Positions 59,538 to 64,000 of a stretch of DNA of 64,000 nucleotides are shown here, one piece after another. Below the pieces are notes generated by a model that saw only the letters and a list, made by a program, of their open reading frames with translations, did not search any database and was not told the DNA's origin. Each line of letters opens with the position of its first letter. Positions within the stretch are counted from its first letter, which is position 1. Source of the stretch: Planctomycetota bacterium (GTDB lineage Bacteria; Planctomycetota; MHYJ01; WSZJ01); contig JACPRD010000197.1 in assembly GCA_016190145.1 (NCBI GenBank), forward strand, positions 70,369 to 134,368, written 5' to 3'. Position numbers and translations under genes: made by a program.

Positions 59538-60411
59538 GGGACTCGATTACCTCCTCGGCGAGGCTCTAGGCACTCCCGCGGAAGTCCTTCCTGCCGCAGC
59601 TCCCGCTTCGGCTACCTCCGAAATCGCCATTAGAGATATCCGACCGAACCCCTTCCAGCCACGCAAAGTATGGGATCCCGTCGAAGTCGAAGAGCTCGCG
59701 GGAAGTATTCGCGAGCAGGGACTCATCCAGCCGATCGTCGTGCGAAAGGTCGACAACGGATACCAGATCGTCGCAGGGGAGCGGAGATTCCGCGCCTGCC
59801 AGAAACTGGGACGTGAGACGATCCCGGCGCTGGTGCGGGAATTCGATGACAAAGGAATGCTGGAGGTCGCGCTCGTCGAGAATCTCCAGCGCAAGGACCT
59901 GAATCCGATCGAGAAGGCCCAGGCATTCAAAGCCCTGATCGATCGCTTCCGCCTGACTCACGAAGCCGTCTCTACCCGTCTCGGGCTCGAACGATCGAGC
60001 GTCACTAACTTCCTCCGCCTGCTGGATCTTCCCGAGTCCGTGCGTGATGCTGTTTCACGTGGAACATTGTCGATGGGTCACGCTCGGTGCCTCGTCGGCC
60101 TGAGTTCGCCTGGGGAGCAGTTGCTGCTGGCCAAAAAAATCGAGCGGGAAGGGATCTCTGTCCGGAAGCTGGAGAAACTCGTCCAGAATCTGAAATCGAC
60201 GCCGCCGGCGAGAACTGAATCCGTCAAAGGCATCAGCCCCGCGGTGGTGAAGGACCATGAAGAGAAATTGCGGAGACACTTCGAGACCAAGGTCCGGATC
60301 AAGAGCGGAAAAGGCCGCGGGGCGATCATCATCGAGTACTACAATCTGGACGATTTCGATCGGATCCTGGAGAAAATCGGGGTGGATGGCAAGAATCGGT
60401 TCATTGTCTAG
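59515..60411 (+). CDS. parB: chromosome partitioning protein ParB/Spo0J
   Basis: 298 aa. IRPNPFQPRK, IVAGERRFRA, ENLQR. Confidence 0.9.
   Translation: MKGKKLGKGLDYLLGEALGTPAEVLPAAAPASATSEIAIRDIRPNPFQPRKVWDPVEVEELAGSIREQGLIQPIVVRKVDNGYQIVAGERRFRACQKLGRETIPALVREFDDKGMLEVALVENLQRKDLNPIEKAQAFKALIDRFRLTHEAVSTRLGLERSSVTNFLRLLDLPESVRDAVSRGTLSMGHARCLVGLSSPGEQLLLAKKIEREGISVRKLEKLVQNLKSTPPARTESVKGISPAVVKDHEEKLRRHFETKVRIKSGKGRGAIIIEYYNLDDFDRILEKIGVDGKNRFIV
60051..60066. other. parS centromere-like site inside parB
   Basis: TGTTTCACGTGGAACA matches the consensus TGTTTCACGTGAAACA at 15 of 16 positions. Confidence 0.75.
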
Positions 60412-60444
60412 CATCGGAAGACGATGAGTTATGCTTTTGTTTGG

Positions 60445-60717
60445 CTATTCGGTATCTTTGCGGAAGAGGAGTCTCTTCGCGTCCGTCCCTGCCGATCCGG
60501 TCTGCAGGAGCGTCTGGCCGATCACTGCCATGCTGGCGGGGACGCGGGTGAAAGCCGGGACGAAATCGAGGACGACCTCGAGCGTGTCTCCCAGGCGCAG
60601 GTCCTCGATGGCGAGTCGGGCCTTGATGAAGGTGTACGGGCAGCGCTCGCCGCGGAGATCGAGGGACCGTGTGGGCGGCGCGGAAACCGGGGGGGGAGTC
60701 GGGTGGCGCGGGGGCAT
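60445..60717 (-). CDS. TusA/SirA-like sulfurtransferase
   Basis: Start chosen at MPPRHPT. LDLRGERCPYTFIKARLAIEDLRLGDTLEVVLD contains the conserved CP motif. Confidence 0.7.
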   Translation of the reverse strand: MPPRHPTPPPVSAPPTRSLDLRGERCPYTFIKARLAIEDLRLGDTLEVVLDFVPAFTRVPASMAVIGQTLLQTGSAGTDAKRLLFRKDTE

Positions 60718-60792
60718 CGGTGCGAAAGATGCTACCCTTCCGCGCGGCGCGCTACAATGCGCGGTCGGCTCAGGGGAGGCAGGACCGGCGGA

Positions 60793-60844
60793 TTGACGCA
60801 CCGCGTCAATCGCCGCCGGGAGGCCGATTGACGCGGTGCGTCAC
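60793..60844. promoter_or_regulatory. two copies of the 17-bp palindrome, 35 bp apart, in a divergent promoter region
   Basis: gaTTGACGCaccGCGTCAAtcg and gaTTGACGCggtGCGTCAc. The second ends 32 nt before ATG 60877. Confidence 0.6.
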
Positions 60845-60876
60845 AACGACGCGCCCGGAACTTCGGAGGGATTCGC

Positions 60877-61671
60877 ATGGTTCACCGGATCGTCCTGGCA
60901 GCGGCGTTCGCGGCGGCGTTCACAACGGCCGCGCGCGCGGAAGACTGCAAGGACTGCCAGCCGAAGAAGGAGTGCAAGCCGCACGAGGAAGCCGACGACG
61001 CGGCGATCAAGGAAGCGCAGGCGAAGTTCAAGGAACGCGACCTCATGGTCCGGCGTGAGGGCCTGGACATTATCGTGACCGCGGCTTCGAAGCATCCCAA
61101 CTGCCGGTCCCGGAAGCTGACGGGCGAACTGATGCGCCTTCTCGCGGATCCGGAGCCCTCGGTCAGGACTTACGCGGCCGACAGGCTGGGGGAGTTCGGG
61201 GAAGAGGCGATGGCGGTGCAGGCGCTCGACAAGGAGGCGAAGGTCGCCGAGAAGAAGATTCCGGTGCAGAAGCCGGACAAGGAGCCGGATCTGAAGCAGT
61301 TCGAGGCGGACCTCAGGATCCTGGACGCGATCTACCTCGGCCTCGGGAAAACGAAGTCCCCCCTCGCGGCGGCGGTTTTCGACCGCGGACTCCACCACGC
61401 TTCCTCGTGGGTCATCGAGGTCGCCGCACGGAACTGCAAGCCGCTCAAGGGGAACAAGCTGATCATGAAGGGTCTGATCGAGCAGCTCGCGAAGTTCTAT
61501 TCCGCCTCGGTGAATCCGGGGAACAGCGCGGCGTGGACGGCGATTTCCATGTCGCTGCCCGAGGTGACGGGCTGCAACGACATCCCGACCCAGAAGGACG
61601 GGGGAGACGCGGGGCGGTGGTGTTCGGATTGGCAGAAGTGGTGGCGCGAAAACGAGAAGAAGCTCAAGTAG
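60877..61671 (+). CDS. secreted helical (HEAT-like) hypothetical protein
   Basis: 264 aa with a signal peptide. Cys-rich start CKDCQPKKECKP. SD GGAGGG upstream. Confidence 0.65.
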   Translation: MVHRIVLAAAFAAAFTTAARAEDCKDCQPKKECKPHEEADDAAIKEAQAKFKERDLMVRREGLDIIVTAASKHPNCRSRKLTGELMRLLADPEPSVRTYAADRLGEFGEEAMAVQALDKEAKVAEKKIPVQKPDKEPDLKQFEADLRILDAIYLGLGKTKSPLAAAVFDRGLHHASSWVIEVAARNCKPLKGNKLIMKGLIEQLAKFYSASVNPGNSAAWTAISMSLPEVTGCNDIPTQKDGGDAGRWCSDWQKWWRENEKKLK

Positions 61672-61673
61672 CC

Positions 61674-61692
61674 GTTGACGCAGTGCGTCAAC
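61674..61692. repeat. 19-bp perfect-arm palindrome GTTGACGC-AGT-GCGTCAAC between convergent genes
   Basis: It lies directly after the TAG of 60877..61671. Confidence 0.8.
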
Positions 61693-61707
61693 GGTCGAGC
61701 TTCGACG

Positions 61708-62550
61708 CTATTTCCCGAGCCGCTCCGCCACGTACTCCCCGAACGGGTCGTAGCCGGTCTGGATCTCGTGCGGGTCCTGGCCGAGCCTCTCGTATTTCTT
61801 CATCTGGTCCTGCGTCAGGATCTTCCGGAACTCCTCCGTCAGCGTCTTCTTCTCCGTCAGGATCCGCGCGAGATAGGTCTCCTCGGTGCCGGGGATCTTG
61901 TCGGTGAAGAGCTTCATGAAGACCGCCTGGGCCTTTCCCTGCGGGTCCTCGGGATCCTGCATCGCCTTCACGATGTCGTCGACGATGTTCGTGCCGTCGT
62001 TTCGCGGCGTCGTGATCACGCCGAACATCCCGCGCTGGGACGTGTCGATCGCCTGTACCATCTGGTCTTCCTGCAGCTCCGTCAGGCCCAGCTCCTTCGA
62101 GACGTCCGCGATCGGCCGCTTCTTGTCGTCGCCGAAAATGCCCTCTTTCTTCTTCCCGGCGAGCTTCTCGTCCACCTTCTTCGCGACGGCGGCGTCGAGT
62201 TCCTCGTCCGACGCGCCCCCGCCCGAACCTCCCCCCGCCGCGGCCGTGCGCTCGAGAGAAGCGAGCCGCTCCTCGAGCGCCGCGGCGCGCGCGGCGATCT
62301 CCTTCTCGATCGCGGCTCGGACCGCAGGCGACGCCGCCGCGGCGCCCCCGCTCGCGGCGGAATCGGCCGTGCCCGGCTCGAGGCCGGCGCGGCGCACGAT
62401 CTCCGCAGCCCCCTCAGGCGAGGACTGGCGCGCGACCGCCGCTTCCAGCTCGCGGATGCGCATCTCCTGGCGGCGGAGCAGGAACGCCTCGGCGGCGACG
62501 GTCGCGGCGAGGGCGACGAGCACGAAGACGATGGCGACGGCGGGCTTCAT
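61708..62550 (-). CDS. membrane-anchored periplasmic protein with LTxxQ-type motifs (Spy/CpxP-like, tentative)
   Basis: 280 aa with an N-terminal TM helix and coiled coil. LGLTELQEDQM and ILTQDQMKKYE. Confidence 0.55.
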   Translation of the reverse strand: MKPAVAIVFVLVALAATVAAEAFLLRRQEMRIRELEAAVARQSSPEGAAEIVRRAGLEPGTADSAASGGAAAASPAVRAAIEKEIAARAAALEERLASLERTAAAGGGSGGGASDEELDAAVAKKVDEKLAGKKKEGIFGDDKKRPIADVSKELGLTELQEDQMVQAIDTSQRGMFGVITTPRNDGTNIVDDIVKAMQDPEDPQGKAQAVFMKLFTDKIPGTEETYLARILTEKKTLTEEFRKILTQDQMKKYERLGQDPHEIQTGYDPFGEYVAERLGK

Positions 62551-62613
62551 CGGGAACTCCCGGAAAACGAGGGGGCCTCTTGAGGATGTTACAGCAGGGC
62601 GGCGCCCGGCGTT

Positions 62614-63579
62614 TCAGGGATGCGCGGATTTTTCCGCAGGTGGAACCGGCGCGCGCACGGAAAGCGGAACGTCGAGGCGCGGCAGATCGGAGGAAATCTC
62701 GAGGACGGTCGTGCCGCGGGAATGAAGCGTGCGACCTTCGAGACGGATCACGCTCGACGCGAGCAGCGTGTTGTAGACGTAGATGCGGTCGCCCGCAGGG
62801 TCGGCGTACTCGACCCCGACGGCGCGGGCCGGATCGCCTTCGATCTCCCACACCACAGGGCCTTCCACCGTCTCAGCGCGGAAACTCCGCTTCCATCCCT
62901 GTCCTTCGCACCGGCCGCCCGGAAGTGCGAGCAGGGCATTGCCCGGCCACGCGTGGCCGCCCCAGGCGACGCCGACCGAGGCGAGCGTCCCCGGTCCGGG
63001 GGCCACGGCCTCCGCGAATCCCGGTCCCTCCTCGAATTCGGTCGCGTGTGCCCAGGTCCATCCGCGGCGGAGGGAGGGGGTGGCGAAATGGCCCTGGCAA
63101 CCGGGCGCGTTTTCGAGGGTGTAGGTGCGCCCGGCGATTTCGAGGGTTCCTGTGAAGCGCGTGCGCGGGGTGGGGACGGAGAATCGGGCGTGGGAGAGGG
63201 CGCGCACGAGCGGGGGAGCGGGGTGGTAGGTGACGGCGGCGGGTTTGTAGGCGAGTTTCCAGGCGGCGCGCGGCGGGCCATCGATCCGGCCTGTGGCGAG
63301 GTCGGAATTGAGTCGGCCGGGACCGACGCGGAGGGAAAACGCGAACGGGTCGGCGGAAAACCGGCCGACGGCGAAGAGTTCCCGGGCAGCGGCGGGGGGC
63401 GCGTCGGGGCGGAATTCGAAGGCCCAGAGCGCGGCGAACGCGGGGCCTTCGAGGGGCGAGGTCATCGTATAGCGGATCCAGAAGGCCGCGCGGGTCCGCG
63501 GGTCGTGGACGATGAGGTACCACGATTCCACCCAGCCTCTGCGCTGGCCGTCCCACACCGGCCGGTTGTCGCTGTCCAT
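62614..63579 (-). CDS. hypothetical protein (WxExWY start as in CrtC/AttH/tocopherol-cyclase-like beta-barrels, weak)
   Basis: Start at MDSDNRPVWDGQRRGWVESWYLIV inside ORF 62614..63963. 321 aa. Confidence 0.55.
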   Translation of the reverse strand: MDSDNRPVWDGQRRGWVESWYLIVHDPRTRAAFWIRYTMTSPLEGPAFAALWAFEFRPDAPPAAARELFAVGRFSADPFAFSLRVGPGRLNSDLATGRIDGPPRAAWKLAYKPAAVTYHPAPPLVRALSHARFSVPTPRTRFTGTLEIAGRTYTLENAPGCQGHFATPSLRRGWTWAHATEFEEGPGFAEAVAPGPGTLASVGVAWGGHAWPGNALLALPGGRCEGQGWKRSFRAETVEGPVVWEIEGDPARAVGVEYADPAGDRIYVYNTLLASSVIRLEGRTLHSRGTTVLEISSDLPRLDVPLSVRAPVPPAEKSAHP

Positions 63580-63634
63580 GGTTTGCGGAAGTGTAGGCGG
63601 CGGTCGGGGGGCGTGGGAAGCAATGAGAACACGA

Positions 63635-63676
63635 GTCGGCGCTCGGCGATGGGAGTCCGGTGTTCGGCGTTGGCGG
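63635..63676 (-). repeat. heptanucleotide array (reverse complement of the CGCCGAA type) in a divergent promoter region
   Basis: gtcggcg ctcggcg atgggag tccggtg ttcggcg ttggcgg. Confidence 0.75.
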
Positions 63677-63733
63677 GCCTTCACAACGACCGATTCCGGG
63701 AGTAGGCTACGGACCCTTTTCACCGGAGCTGCC

Positions 63734-64000
63734 ATGGCCGACTTGAAGTCGCAGGTGATGGACCTCCTGCGCACGATCAACGACCCCGAGATCGCGAAGG
63801 ATCTCGTCTCGCTCAACATGATCAAGAACGTCGCCGTCGCGGGCGGCGTCGTGACCATCGACATCGACCTCACCACGCCCGCGTGCCCGCTCAAGGAACA
63901 GATCTCCCGCGAAGTCACGGCCAGGGTCCGCGCGATTCCCGGCGTCACCGACGTGAAAATCAACTTCGGCGCCCAGGTCCGCGCGGAGGCCCGCCAGGGC
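63734..64000 (+). CDS. Mrp/ApbC Fe-S cluster carrier, N-terminal DUF59/MIP18 domain (partial, runs off the right edge)
   Basis: My own translation reads MADLKSQVMDLLRTINDPEIAKDLVSLNMIKNVAVAGGVVTIDIDLTTPACPLKEQI... It is not in the ORF track because it has no stop in the window. Confidence 0.75.
   Translation, partial: MADLKSQVMDLLRTINDPEIAKDLVSLNMIKNVAVAGGVVTIDIDLTTPACPLKEQISREVTARVRAIPGVTDVKINFGAQVRAEARQG

Noticed and set aside
60793-60844. TTGACGC-N3-GCGTCAA as an FNR/CRP-family site
   Set aside because: FNR/FixK-type boxes are TTGAT-N4-ATCAA (14 bp). Here the TTGAC/GTCAA elements are separated by 7 nt (17 bp in total), so the geometry does not fit.

Overview
This window is a high-GC (roughly 68-70%) chromosomal segment. 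The gene content looks PVC/Planctomycetota-like: BatA/DUF58 operon, WD40 and prenyltransferase-repeat secreted proteins, System II cytochrome c maturation, many leaderless-looking genes. The phylum call is inference only.

I support about 60 CDS, one tRNA-Glu(CTC), several terminator hairpins, sigma70-like promoters and a parS site.

Layout:
- 1-12.9 kb: one long minus-strand, translationally coupled Bat-like operon. It holds a VWA/BatA protein, DUF58, an ABC-2 transporter and a DUF4175-like repeat protein, with a hybrid histidine kinase and a HAD hydrolase embedded.
- 13-17.5 kb: tRNA-Glu, a duplicated-domain lipoprotein, then ccsB and ccsA.
- 17.5-26.4 kb: DUF4143 ATPase, addB/addA, mazEF.
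- 26.4-33.7 kb: WD40 protein, two tandem paralogous membrane sensor-like genes, an AT-rich two-gene cassette, and an ATP-grasp gene.
- 33.8-44 kb: glycosyltransferase, hydrolases, DUF1326, deacetylase, FabD-like, ComB-like.
- 44-52.4 kb: a FAS/PKS-like lipid cluster (fabG, KS, Cys-less KS partner, thioesterase, lipase-like, LolA-like). It is split by toxin-antitoxin debris and two paralogous polytopic membrane genes.
- 52.5-64 kb: SPFH/zinc-ribbon operon, CBS protein, phosphoesterase, orphan ABC-2 permease, acyP, parAB with an internal parS, TusA-like, and the Mrp/ApbC N-terminus.

Most unusual observations:
1. Intergenic tandem arrays with a strict 7-nt period, in three sequence families. One inverted pair brackets a 1.5-kb cassette with a 320-bp AT-rich core.
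2. A 17-bp palindrome, TTGACGC-N3-GCGTCAA, present six times, including two copies inside a CDS.
3. An in-frame TGA splitting the DUF4175-like gene.
4. An internally duplicated Cys-containing lipoprotein directly upstream of ccsB/ccsA.
5. A KS/Cys-less KS pair with no ACP gene visible.

CDS coordinates follow the ORF track, with starts re-chosen by me. Motif coordinates were indexed by hand and may be off by 1-2 nt. At two places my hand index disagreed with the track by 1 nt, and I kept the track.
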